The translations under genes and the position numbers were made by a program. Positions 29,666 to 40,262 of a DNA stretch of 64,000 nucleotides are shown here, piece after piece (position 1 is the first letter of the stretch; each line of letters starts with the position of its first letter). The DNA lies in the NCBI GenBank assembly GCA_963846055.1, contig CAWJUQ010000001.1, positions 2,608 through 66,607 of the forward strand, given 5' to 3'. Origin of the DNA: an uncultured Alphaproteobacteria bacterium. GTDB lineage: Bacteria; Pseudomonadota; Alphaproteobacteria; Rhizobiales; Xanthobacteraceae. The notes beneath the pieces are model-generated. The model worked only from the letters and a program-made list of their open reading frames with translations. It did no database searches and had not been told where the DNA came from.

Positions 29666-29986
29666 CGGCTTATGCAGGACAACCGGCGCCGAATTCACGC
29701 CCCGGTCACGTCCCTTCGCCTCCCCTGTTGTTCACTCGCGCGGCGCACCACGGAGCGCGGCGCGCGTTTCAATGTGACCGCACCCTAGCAGGGTTGGGTC
29801 AGACGCGAAGGATCAACCTTTCATTAACTTTAATTGCGGCCGGGCGCGCGTGGCTCCCGACAGGCACTCCGCAGCGGCATGAGCCCTGCTGCTCAGCCTT
29901 CGGACACGCTTTGACGCCGCAAACGCGTCCCGATCCGGGACATGCGTGCCTTCGGCGGCGAGGCGGGACGGGAGCCGACGCCGTTT

Positions 29987-30640
29987 ATGAAACACCCCTC
30001 AAGCCGCGAGCTCCATGCTTACTGGGATAAAAAGCGCGGCACACGCCCTGCCCCCGAACGCGCCGACATCGAGCCGGGCGCAATTCGCGGCGTGTTGAGC
30101 GACGCTTTCATCATCGCGCTCAATCGGGGCGCCAGCTACCCGTTTCGCCTGGCCGGTACCCGCGTTTGCGCCTTGTACAATCGGGAGATGAAGGGCGAAC
30201 CCTTCCTCGGCCTTTGGACGATCGCCAGCCGCCCGCTGGTATCGAGCTTGCTGACGATCCTGGCCGACGAATACATCGGGACGGTTGCCGCGGTGAGCGC
30301 GCAAAACGTGGACGGCGATTCGCTCGACCTGGAACTCCTGCTACTGCCGCTCGACACCAGCCGCCCAATGTTCGCCCGCGCCATCGGGGTGCTGGCGCCG
30401 CTGAAGGTGCCGCAATGGCTCGGCGCTAGTCCGTTAGGTGGGCTCACCCTGGGGGTCCGCCGTCACGTAGGACCGGCCCTGGAACGACATTTTCTGCCGC
30501 GCTTCATGCTGCCTCGGACCCGGCGCGGACTGAAGATTTACGACGGCGGCCGCGCTCCGGGTTCTCCTGATGCGGAAACCATGCGCCACGGTCCGTTTCT
30601 TGGAAAAAGCATCAACGAGCCGTTAACGCCGGACCGCTAG
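29987..30640 (+). CDS. PAS_5 (DUF1457)-type PAS-domain protein
   Basis: ELHAYWDKKRGTRPAPERADIEPGAIRGVLSDAFIIAL...YPFRLAGTRVCALYNREMKG. Family assigned from memory. Confidence 0.6.
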   Translation: MKHPSSRELHAYWDKKRGTRPAPERADIEPGAIRGVLSDAFIIALNRGASYPFRLAGTRVCALYNREMKGEPFLGLWTIASRPLVSSLLTILADEYIGTVAAVSAQNVDGDSLDLELLLLPLDTSRPMFARAIGVLAPLKVPQWLGASPLGGLTLGVRRHVGPALERHFLPRFMLPRTRRGLKIYDGGRAPGSPDAETMRHGPFLGKSINEPLTPDR

Positions 30641-30673
30641 GGTTGTCGTCGGTGACGGCGGCAGATCTGCGAC

Positions 30674-31291
30674 ATGGCGGTAGCTCAAAAAAAAGTGGAA
30701 TTGCGCACGCTCAGTGACGAGCGGCGGAGGTTTCAACGCGTTAAAGTGGATTTGCTGGGCCGGTACATGCTGCCGGACCGGCGCGAGTTTCCCTGCCAGG
30801 TGATCAACATGTCGCCCGGCGGGATGGCCGTGATCGCGCCCGTTGGCGGCAAGCCAGGTGATCGGGTCATCGCCTACGTCGACCACTTAGGCCGGCTCGA
30901 AGGGCAAGTCGCTCGCACATTTGAGAATGGCTTCGCGATGACCATTGCCGCGACGGCGCGCAAACGAGACAAGCTCGCCGCGCAACTGACCTGGCTCGCC
31001 AATCGCCACATCCTCGGCTTGCCGGAAGACCGGCGTCACGGCCGTTTTGCCCCGCGAAACCCGATGGGACGTTTGATCATGCCCAACGGGCTGAACGTCG
31101 GTTGCCGCGTCATCGACCTTTCGCAATCCGGCGCCGGCATCGGCAGCGATCAGCGCCCGCCGATCGGCTCGCTGGTCACGATCGGCAAGGTCCAAGCACG
31201 CGTCGTGCGTCACCTTGAAGACGGATTTGCCGTCGAGTTTACCCGGCTGCAACACCCCGACTTCATCGAAGAAAACGTCTGCGGCGGCTGA
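30674..31291 (+). CDS. Tandem PilZ-domain protein (two canonical c-di-GMP binding motif pairs)
   Basis: First pair: RRRFQR plus NMSPGG. Second pair: RRHGR plus DLSQSG. Confidence 0.8.
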   Translation: MAVAQKKVELRTLSDERRRFQRVKVDLLGRYMLPDRREFPCQVINMSPGGMAVIAPVGGKPGDRVIAYVDHLGRLEGQVARTFENGFAMTIAATARKRDKLAAQLTWLANRHILGLPEDRRHGRFAPRNPMGRLIMPNGLNVGCRVIDLSQSGAGIGSDQRPPIGSLVTIGKVQARVVRHLEDGFAVEFTRLQHPDFIEENVCGG

Positions 31292-31373
31292 TCGCGACGG
31301 CGCGCCGGCGGCGTTGAAGCCGCCGACATCGTTTCCGCAATTGCCTGGGCCGCCGCTGCCCCAACTCGTGCCA

Positions 31374-32235
31374 TCAATCGAAGTTGTTGCGCTTTCCCTT
31401 GCGCACATAGGCGACACAATCGGCGATGTGCCGGCGGCCGTGCGTTGGCTTGTCCTTCGCCAGGTGAGCAAACATTTGAATGGCAAAGCCGCCGTCGAGG
31501 CTGTCGGTGATTTGCCGCCGCCACGGGCGCCGGACAATCTGCGCCGTCATGCGCCGGGTCGTGCGCGGTTGAGTCATGATGTGATCAGCGATTTGGTACG
31601 CGCGCTCGATCAGTTTTGAGCGCGGCAGGATCTCGTTGACCATGCCGTATTCGAGCGCGAGCTTGGCGTCGATCGCTTGCCCGGTGAGCAGCGCGTAGGC
31701 GGCGCGCTTCACGCCCGAGTAGTTCCTGAAAGCAGCTATGAATGCCGTCGCCCGGCACCGAGCCGATGTCGTAATGCAGATCGTAGATGATCGCATCTTC
31801 GGCGCACAGCGTGATGTCGCACATCAGGCACATCTCGGTGTGGAAGCCGGGGCCGTTGATGATGCCGATGGTCGGAATTTCGAGATCGTTGACCAACGAA
31901 CTGACGTTGATGCGGCCGTCCTTGTAGGCGTACTCGTATGCCCAATAAGCCAGATCGTCCTGCTCGAGTTTGAAGCCTTCGGGGTCGGCATCCATCATGA
32001 ATTCATCGCCGGAACCCGTGAAAATCATGATCTCATTTTCGGGATCGGCGCCGACGGTCTTGAACATTTGTCCGACCGACCGGTGGTTCTCGACGCTGAG
32101 TTGAATCGGGCCGCCCTTGGTGTGCGCTTCTACCAGAATGACGCCATCGTCGCGGCGCGACATCTTGTAGAAATCCTTGAAGCGCTCCCGGTAGTCCTCG
32201 AATTTCGGCGGCGGAACAAAGTTAGCCAAAGACAT
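31374..32235 (-). pseudogene. Enoyl-CoA hydratase/isomerase (crotonase) family protein, one frameshift near 31740
   Basis: ORF 31585..32235 contains VILVEAHTKGG, IMIFTGSGDEF and PTIGIINGPGFHTEMCLMCDI. It continues in ORF 31374..31796 with AAYALLTGQAIDAKLALEYGMVNEILP. Confidence 0.7.
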
Positions 32236-32483
32236 GATGGTTTATCCTCCCTAAACGTCGATGAAGACTAACAGGCGGTCTTGCGCGGCAGCAAGTTGAG
32301 CCACGCGGGGAAGCCATGCCTTCTCGCGATGTCGTCACAGGATATGGCCGACGCTTGCCTCATCGCGGATAGCGCGTTTACCGCGATGATCGGCACGCAC
32401 CGCGCAGCAACGCCGAAATTCGCACGTCAAGACTGACGATCGTTTCCCGAACTGTTCGCGCGGATTTTAGTCAAAGTTGAATA

Positions 32484-32497
32484 TCTAAAATTTTAGA
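32484..32497. promoter_or_regulatory. Perfect 14-bp palindrome TCTAAAATTTTAGA in a divergent promoter region
   Basis: Read directly. It lies in the AT-rich spacer between the crotonase-like gene (-) and the BTLCP gene (+). Confidence 0.35.
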
Positions 32498-32631
32498 CGA
32501 TCTTGCCGAGAAAGCCGCGGAAATTTTCTCGTTTGTTTAGCTGTCTTTAGTTCAAATTGAAGCGCTCAACTTAGCGGCACCGCAAAAGCTTTGTGAGAAA
32601 TGTGATCCCAAGAAACGGGGAGCGGGGTCAC

Positions 32632-33264
32632 ATGAGTTGGGGTGCCAATAAAACTCTCGCGCGTTGCGCGCTCGCAAGCTCCATCGCGCTCGCGCTGCTG
32701 GCGACCACGAGCGGTGGTCGCGCCGAAGAACGCGCGTTGTTTATTTCAGTCGGCGACACGACGAAGGCGCCGATCGGTTGGGTCGAGTTCTGCGTCGAGT
32801 ACGATCCCGAATGCAAGACCAAGTCGTCGCAGCCGCGCGACGTGGTTTTTTCGGCACAAGCCTGGAAGGATCTCGAGCGCATCAACCTTTACGTCAACAA
32901 CCACATCAAGCCGATGACCGATCTGGAGCATTGGGGTGTGGTCGAACGCTGGAACTATCCCGACGATGGCTACGGCGATTGCGAGGATTACGTGTTGGCG
33001 AAACGGCGGATGCTGATGCAGGCCGGCTGGCCGCGCGAGGCGCTGCTGATCACCGTCGTCCGCGACAAGCACGGCGATGGCCACGCGGTGCTGACGGTCA
33101 AGTTCGATAAGGGCGAATACATCCTGGATAACCAAAGCGATCAAATCCTGCCCTGGTCGGACACCGGTTACCGTTTCGTCAAGCGGCAGTCGCAGGCCGA
33201 TCCCAACGTGTGGCTCTCGCTCGGCGAACCGCGCGCGGCACCGGCTACAGCGACTTCGCGCTGA
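32632..33264 (+). CDS. Transglutaminase-like cysteine peptidase (BTLCP / Peptidase C93, LapG-like)
   Basis: Signal peptide. Contains APIGWVEFC, YPDDGYGDCEDYVLAKRRML (catalytic Cys), DGHAVLTV and ILDNQ. Confidence 0.75.
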   Translation: MSWGANKTLARCALASSIALALLATTSGGRAEERALFISVGDTTKAPIGWVEFCVEYDPECKTKSSQPRDVVFSAQAWKDLERINLYVNNHIKPMTDLEHWGVVERWNYPDDGYGDCEDYVLAKRRMLMQAGWPREALLITVVRDKHGDGHAVLTVKFDKGEYILDNQSDQILPWSDTGYRFVKRQSQADPNVWLSLGEPRAAPATATSR

Positions 33265-33331
33265 AACGACACAAAGGAGTTTGCGAGCCCGGTCACGTCC
33301 CCACCCCTCCCCGTCCCCAGACCGGGTTCGC

Positions 33332-33372
33332 GCGGCCGGCTCTCCCCCAGGAGCCGGCCGCACCTTTTTGTC
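33332..33372 (+). terminator. Rho-independent terminator after the BTLCP gene
   Basis: GCGGCCGGCTC-loop-GAGCCGGCCGC followed by ACCTTTTTGTCTT. Confidence 0.65.
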
Positions 33373-33569
33373 TTCGCACTTGAACTTCCCCGACGCATGG
33401 CACGAATTCCGCTTGCGCATAGCTTTAACCGCTGCGGGTAATCTGAACGGTTTGTGAGTTGTCTCACCCTGCGATTTCGCTATGTTGCGACGCACAGCGC
33501 GAAAAGCCGGGGTGACGACTTTAGCTTCCACGCAAGCTGCGATGGAGGCGTGTTGGGGAGCCGTGTGGA

Positions 33570-36500
33570 ATGACCGCCATTGTCCGCATCGCATTGCGGC
33601 GCCCCTACACCTTTGTCGTGCTGGCTCTTCTTCTCCTCATCATCGGACCACTTGCCGCGTCGCGTACACCGGTCGACATTTTTCCTGAAATCCGCATCCC
33701 GATCATCGCGGTCATCTGGCAGTACACCGGCCTGCCGCCAGAAGAGATGGCCGGCCGCATGGTCACTCAGTTCCAGCGCACGTTGACCACGACCGTCAAC
33801 GATATCGAGCACATCGAAGCCACCAACTACACCGGCATCGGCATCGTCAAAATCTTCTTTCAACCGGGCGCGGATGTCCGCACCGCCAACGCGCAGGTCA
33901 CCTCGGTTTCGCAGACGCTGCTCAAGCAGATGCCGCCCGGCTCGACGCCGCCGCTCATTCTGCTCTACAACGCGTCGACGGTTCCCATCATTCAGCTCGC
34001 ATTGTCAGGCAAAGGGCTTCCCGAACAGGCGCTGTTTGACCTCGGATTGAACTTTGTCCGCGTGCCCATTGTCACCGTACCGGGCGCGGCGATGCCGTAT
34101 CCGTTCGGCGGCAAATTCCGGCAGGTGCAGATCGACGTCAATCCTGACGCGCTGCGCGCACGCGGTCTTTCCGCTCAGGATGTCGCCACGGCATTTGCGG
34201 CGCAAAACCTGATCACGCCGGTCGGCACCGAAAAAATCGGCGGGTTCGAATACGCGATCAATCTCAACGACGCCGTGCCGGTCGTCAAAAAGATGGGCGA
34301 CCTGCCGATCAAGGCGGTCAATGGCGCGATGGTCTACGTTCGCGACGTCGCCCAGGTGCGCGACGGCAATCCGCCGCAGCAGAACATCGTGCACGTCGAC
34401 GGCAACCGCTCGGTGTTGATGTTCGTGCTCAAGAACGGCGCAGTATCGACGCTGTCGATCATCGACGGGGTCAAGCAAAAACTCCAGGAGATGAAGCGGA
34501 CGCTGCCCGCCAATCTCACGCTGACCGCCATCGGCGATCAGTCGATATTCATCAAGGCGGCGATCGGCGGCGTCATCCGCGAGGGCATCATTGCCGCTGC
34601 GCTGACCAGCGTCATGATTCTGCTGTTTCTCGGCAGCTTCCGGTCGACGCTGATCATCGCCACCTCAATTCCGCTCTCCGTGCTCGGCTCGATCGCAACG
34701 CTCTGGGCGCTGGGCGAAACGCTCAATATCATGACGCTCGGCGGGCTTGCGCTCGCGGTCGGCATCCTGGTCGACGAAGCCACGGTGACGATCGAGAACA
34801 TCAACTGGCACCTGGAGCAAGGCAAGGAAGTCGAGACCGCGATCCTCGACGGTGCCGAGCAGATCGTGACGCCGGCGTTCGTTTCGCTGTTGTGCATCTG
34901 CATCGTCTTCGTGCCGATGTTCTTTTTGACCGGCGTGCCGCGCTTTTTGTTCGTACCGCTCGCGGAAGCGGTGATGTCGGCGATGGTGTGGTCGTTCATT
35001 CTCTCGCGCACGCTGGTGCCGACCATGGCGAAATACATGCTGAGCCGGCACGATACCCACGGCGCGCCGCCGCCGACACGCAACCCGTTCGTCATGGTGC
35101 AGCGCGGCTTCGAAAACGGCTTCGAGCGCTTCCGCCTCGCTTATCGCGAGCTGTTGACCATGGCTCTGCGACATCGCGCGATCTTCGTCACCTGCTTCTT
35201 AGCGATCATCTTCGGCACGTTCGCGCTCGCGCCTTATCTGGGCACGCGACTTCTTTCCGTCGGTCGACGGCGGGCGGATCCTGATGCACGTGCGCCTGAC
35301 CGTTGGCACCCGGGTCGAGGAAAGCGCGCGCCAGTTCGCCGAAATCGAAAAGGTTGTCCGCCAGATCATTCCGCACGAAGAGCTGGCGACGCTGGTCGAC
35401 AACATCGGCTTCCCGGTGAGCGGTATCAACACCACATACAACAACACCGGGACGATCGGATCAGCCGACGGCGAAATTCAAATCGGCTTGAGCGAGGATC
35501 ACAGACCGACGGCGCGATTATGTGCGCGCGTTGCGAGAAGAGCTCCCGGCCCGCTTCCCCGGCGCGACTTTCTCGTTTTTGCCGGCCGACATCATCAGTC
35601 AAATTCTCAATTTCGGCGCGCCGGCGCCGATCGACGTGCAGATCCGCGGGCCGAAGCTCGAGCAGAACTATGCCTATGCGCAGGAGGTGGTGCGCCGCCT
35701 CCGCCATATTCCCGGACTGGTCGACGCGCGTATCCAGCAATCGCTCAGCGAACCCGCCTTCGACGTCGACGTCGATCGCACGCGCGCCAAATATGTCGGC
35801 ATCAGCGAAAGCGACGTGACCAACAGCATGGTGGTCAATCTCGCAGGCTCGAGCCAGGTGCAACCGACTTTCTGGCTCAATCCGGAAAACGGCGTGAACT
35901 ACTCGATCGTGATGCAGACGCCGCAATATCAGGTCGACTCCCTCAACGCCTTGCAGAACTTGCCGATCACTTCAGCAGGCTCGCCGAATGCGCAGCCGCA
36001 AGTGCTCGGAGCGATTGCGGACTTCAAGCGCCGCGCCATTCCGGCCGTGTACTCGCAATACAACGTGCAGCCGCTCGTCCAGATTTACGGCACCACGCAA
36101 GGACGCGATCTGGGCGCCGTCGCCGCCGACGTCCAAAAGGTTTTGGACGAGACCGCGAAAGATGCGCCGAAGACAGCGCAGGTGCTCATGCTCGGCCAGG
36201 TCAAGACCATGAACAGTTCGTTCTCCGGTTTGATCTTCGGTCTCGCTGCCGCGGTGGTGCTGATTTACCTGCTCATCGTGGTGAACTTTCAGTCCTGGTC
36301 CGATCCGTTCGTGATCATCACCGCGCTCCCTGCGGCGCTCGCCGGCATTGTGTGGATGCTCTTCGCCACCGGCACGACGCTTTCGGTGCCGGCGCTGACC
36401 GGCGCTATCATGTGCATGGGGGTAGCGACGGCCAACAGCGTGTTGGTCATCAGCTTCGCCAAGGAACGGCTCGAGGAGCACGGCGATGCCGTCATGGCCG

Positions 36501-36757
36501 CCATCGAGGCCGGCTTCGTGCGTCTACGCCCCGTCATCATGACGGCGCTGGCGATGATCATCGGCATGCTGCCGATGGCGCTCGGCTTCGGCGAAGGCGG
36601 CGAGCAAAACGCCCCCTTGGGCCGGGCGGTCGTGGGCGGACTGTGTTTCGCGACCGTTGCAACTCTGATATTCGTGCCTGTCGTGTTCAGCATCATCAAT
36701 CAGCGCCGCGGTTCGGTGGGCGTCCGCGTGACCGGAGAGCCCCAGCATGCCGCCTGA
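33570..36757 (+). pseudogene. RND (AcrB/HAE1-type) efflux pump inner-membrane subunit, two frameshifts (about 35250 and about 35515)
   Basis: Three colinear frame segments: 33570.., 35284.. and 35522..36757. They contain MTAIVRIALRRPYTFVVLALLLL, GGLALAVGILVDEATV, ILMHVRLTVGTRVEES and ALPAALAGIVWML..TGAIMCMGVATANS. Confidence 0.85.
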
Positions 36758-37935
36758 TTCACCAGCGCCGGCGGTGTCGCGCCGCAGCCTCTACATTGCC
36801 GGCTTGTCGGTCGCCATCATTGCGATCGTGGTCGTGGTTTTCGGCATTACCACGCGCAAAGTCGCTGACGCGAAGCTGCGGCAATGGACGGAAAATCAGG
36901 CGGTACCGGTGGTGGCCGTCGCGGCACCGGATACGCGGGGCAAAATGACGACATTCAGCCTCCCCGGCCGGCTGGAAGCTTACACGCAGGCGCAGATCTA
37001 TGCGCGCGTCACCGGTTACGTGAAAGACTGGAAGGCCGATATCGGCACGCCGGTAAAATCAGGTCAGCTGCTTGCTGAAATTGACGCGCCGGATCTCGAC
37101 CAGCAGATCATGCAGGCGGAAGCCAACTTGGCGAGCGCGAAGGCCAACTCCACGTCTATCGGATATGACGCTGACGCGCGGTCAGTCTTTGATCAAGACC
37201 TATGCGATCTCGCAGCAGGATCTCGATCAGCGCGCCGCCGATGCCTCGAACAAACAGGGACTCGTTCGCGCGGCGCAGGCGAACCTCGATCGCTTGCGGG
37301 TGCTTGAGCAGTATAAGCGGCTCACCGCGCCGTTCGACGGACTGGTGACCGCGCGTAACACCGATATCGGCGCGTTGATCAATGCCGGCGGTGGCGGCCC
37401 GCCGATGTTCATCGTATCGGAAACCAGCAAATTGCGCGTTTACGTCAACGTGCCGCAGAATTACGTGCCGAGCGTTCCGGTCGGAACGCGGGGGCAGATA
37501 ACCGTGCCGGAATATCCGGGGCGAAGCTTCCCGGCGACCGTTGAAGCGTCGGCCCAGGCGGTCGATGTGGCTTCGAGCACAACGCGGATGCAGCTTGTCG
37601 TCGACAATTCCAACAACGAGTTGATGACCGGCGACTTCACCAACGTCACATTCGACTTGCCGCACCCCGAGATCGCGATCAACGTGCCGGCGAGCGCACT
37701 GATCTTCAACGAGAGCGGATTGCAGGTCGCGACCGTCAGCAGCGAAGGTCGCATCGTCCTCAAGCAAGTCACCATATCGCGTGACCTGGGCAATGAGGTC
37801 GAAATCGGATCCGGAATTGCCGCCGACGATCGCGTGGTAACAAATCCGCCGGACGGGATTGTAACGGGCGACAAGGTCCGCATTGCCGGCGCACCGGGCA
37901 CTCCCGGAGAGCCGGAAACAGCCGAAGCGAAGTAA
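36747..37935 (+). pseudogene. RND efflux periplasmic adaptor (membrane fusion protein), one frameshift near 37150
   Basis: ORFs 36747..37307 and 37072..37935. Contains RVTGYVKDWKADIGTPVKSGQLLAEIDAPDLD and LTAPFDGLVTARNTDIGALI. The ATG overlaps the pump stop by 11 nt. Confidence 0.8.
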
Positions 37936-37961
37936 GACGCCGGCCGCGCTATCGCGACGCG

Positions 37962-38492
37962 TCAGCCAATCGGCTTCATGCCCTTGGCAAAGCGCTTGAA
38001 GTTCCGGACATAGAAGTCTGCGCCGGCGGCGATCGCGGCGGCGGCTTTGTCGTCGAGCGTGCGTATGGCGCGCGCTGGCGAGCCGACAATCAGCGATCGC
38101 TCCGGAAACGACTTGCCCTCGGTAATGAGCGCGCCTGCGCCAACGAGGCTGTTGGCGCCGATCCGCGCGCCGTTGAGAACGATCGCGCCCATGCCGATCA
38201 GACGTCGACGCGCCGATGCTGCAACCGTGCAAAATAACATTGTGGCCGATGACGCAATCCGGGCCGATTGTGATCGGAAACCCCAAATCGGTATGCAGCG
38301 TGCTGTTGTCTTGAATCTGCGAACGCTCGCCGAGCTCGATCCACTCGTTGTCGCCGCGCAGCACCGCACCGAACCAAACGCTGCAATCGGTTTTCAAGCC
38401 GCACTCTGCCGATGACCGCACGCGCTCGGCGCCACCCAGTAGCGGTCCCCTTCCGGCAGCTCCGGCTTTTGTCCGTCGAGTTCGTAAATCAT
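37962..38492 (-). pseudogene. Gamma-carbonic-anhydrase-like / LbH (hexapeptide repeat) protein, about 3 frameshifts
   Basis: MIYELDGQKPELPEGDRYWVAPSA, RAVIGRVRLEN, SVWFGAVLRGDNEWIELGERSQIQDNSTLHTD..IGPDCVIGHNVILHGC and LIGMGAIVLNGARIGANSLVGAGALITEGK lie in different frames. Confidence 0.7.
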
Positions 38493-38977
38493 GCGGCCTT
38501 CTTCGTTCGCCTGCAAAATTTGCCGTCGCTTAGACGCGTACCGCATTCGCCGGTGATGTAAAAGCCGCGAGACTGGCGCGGGAGGGCCAGCAGGCCCGGT
38601 CGATCAATCTCGGCGATCGGGCGAGTTAGACGCTGAGCAACGCCTGCAACGCGGTGACGACGACCGTTCCGCGACATGAAACTCCACAGTCCCGCGATCG
38701 CGGTAGCCAGCACGACGAAGTCAAAGCGTCGCCGCTCCAAGCGGCGCCCGCGCAGCGTATTGCGCATGATGAGAAACGGCGCCGAGAAAATCAGCAGCGG
38801 AACCGCGGCCAGGCGCGCCGGCATCGGCCCCATCTGCAAAAGCCGAAAGGTCGGGAAATGAGTGCCGTAAAGGCGGTATCCCGATGCGCACAACCCGGCG
38901 ACGGCAAAACCGATGGCCAGCGCGAATAAGGATGTGATGGAGTCGGCTGACGGCGTCGCCTGGATCGCGTCGAACAT
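38489..38977 (-). CDS. Hypothetical membrane protein, translationally coupled (ATGA) to the LbH gene
   Basis: Met at 38977 (MFDAIQ). Two or three hydrophobic segments. The C-terminal text may be affected by indels. Confidence 0.35.
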   Translation of the reverse strand: MFDAIQATPSADSITSLFALAIGFAVAGLCASGYRLYGTHFPTFRLLQMGPMPARLAAVPLLIFSAPFLIMRNTLRGRRLERRRFDFVVLATAIAGLWSFMSRNGRRHRVAGVAQRLTRPIAEIDRPGLLALPRQSRGFYITGECGTRLSDGKFCRRTKKAA

Positions 38978-39120
38978 TCGCAAGGCCCCCGGTGTTGCGG
39001 GAAAGCCATCGCAAAGCGCAGAGGCCGGCCGCCACGGGATGCTTAAGAAAGGGTTAACGGCAAAGTCCTTCAGACCCGTGCGATACTCGCCGCGATTCGG
39101 TCCCGGCAATCGAGCGGCGG

Positions 39121-39885
39121 ATGACAGCACGTGCGGTGTTCGAGTTGAGATTGCGGCGGCAAACCCGAAGCCCAGTCCTGCCGCTGGTCTTGTTCTTTGC
39201 GATGTTGTCAGTGACGGTGAGCTTCGTCGCCTACGTGCTGTGGCCGACTTGGGACAAACCTGAGACGTCGCTCGACAGCCCCTCCGCTCCCCATCGTCGT
39301 TGCCGGCGTGTTGTTCAATTTACCGCCGGCCGCGATCCGCGCACCGGTGCAGCGCCAGCCCGGAGCGCACGAGCGGATTGATCTTGTCTTCCTTTGGCCG
39401 TCGCTTACGCCGCCGCCGACTGAAAGGATCGTGAGCACAGAACCGCCTGCCGCCAACGACGGCGATACTTCGCCGCTAACGCCGCGCGAGGGCGGCGATC
39501 GTTTATTCGTGACCATTGCGGGCTTGGGCAACGTGCTACCGCCGGCCGAACGGTTGCGCAGCGTTTATCCGCGCTTTTTCGAGAGCCAGGCGACAACCGG
39601 GCAACGACGGGCTGGCTGTCCTGCCGTTCCGATCCGGAACACCGTATGACGGCGAAGACCTGATTTACCCGGTTGATGAGCCCGAGCCTCTTTTCTGCCC
39701 GCTGCACGCGCGAGGTGGTCCGCCCGGTTCCGGCGACCTGCATCCACGAACGCTTATTCGATGCGGCGGAGATGACGCTGCGGTTTCCGCGCGTATGGCT
39801 GCGGGATTGGCGTGGCGTCGTTGCCGGCTTCGACCGGCTGGCCGCGCAACTGCATCAGCCGACTGACGGGGCTGAACGGAAATAA
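39121..39885 (+). pseudogene. Conserved hypothetical protein with N-terminal TM segment, at least 3 frameshifts
   Basis: Four colinear ORFs (39121, 39308, 39516 and 39673) give continuous plausible text, e.g. LFNLPPAAIRAPVQRQPGAHERIDLVFLWPSL and LAVLPFRSGTPYDGEDLIYPVDEP. Confidence 0.4.
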
Positions 39886-39942
39886 AGTGTCCGGTGGCTC
39901 ATAGCGGGCGCGCGATACCGGCGGTGTTTTGCCGGTACTTCT

Positions 39943-40152
39943 TTAGTCCAGGTCAGTGCCTAAGATCGCCATCTGGAAATTATACGAGCGGTCGTCGTCC
40001 TCGTCGTCGACGAACAGGACGCCGATAAACTCCTCTCCGACATAAACTTCCGCGGAGTCTTCCTTTTTCGGGCGAGGCACCACGCGGATCTGCGGATTGT
40101 TGAAGAGCTTTTTCAGATAAGCGTCGAGCTTCTTAACTTCCTGAACGTCCAC
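39943..40152 (-). CDS. DUF3126-like small acidic protein
   Basis: 69 aa: MDVQEVKKLDAYLKKLFNNPQIRVVPRPKKEDSAEVYVGEEFIGVLFVDDEDDD. Family assigned from memory. Confidence 0.55.
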   Translation of the reverse strand: MDVQEVKKLDAYLKKLFNNPQIRVVPRPKKEDSAEVYVGEEFIGVLFVDDEDDDRSYNFQMAILGTDLD

Positions 40153-40262
40153 TGCCGTCTCCTCGGATGGTGCAAAGCCTTTGCCGGGAGGGACGATCCT
40201 GAGCGGTAAGATCAGGCATCCGCAAACCGCGCCGGCGCTTTAACACGCGATAATAGCGGCGA

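Noticed and set aside
32484-32497. Palindrome as an Irr iron-control element (TTTAGAA-N3-TTCTAAA)
   Set aside because: The half-sites are similar in composition, but their arrangement and spacing are inverted relative to the ICE consensus as I remember it. This is not a match.
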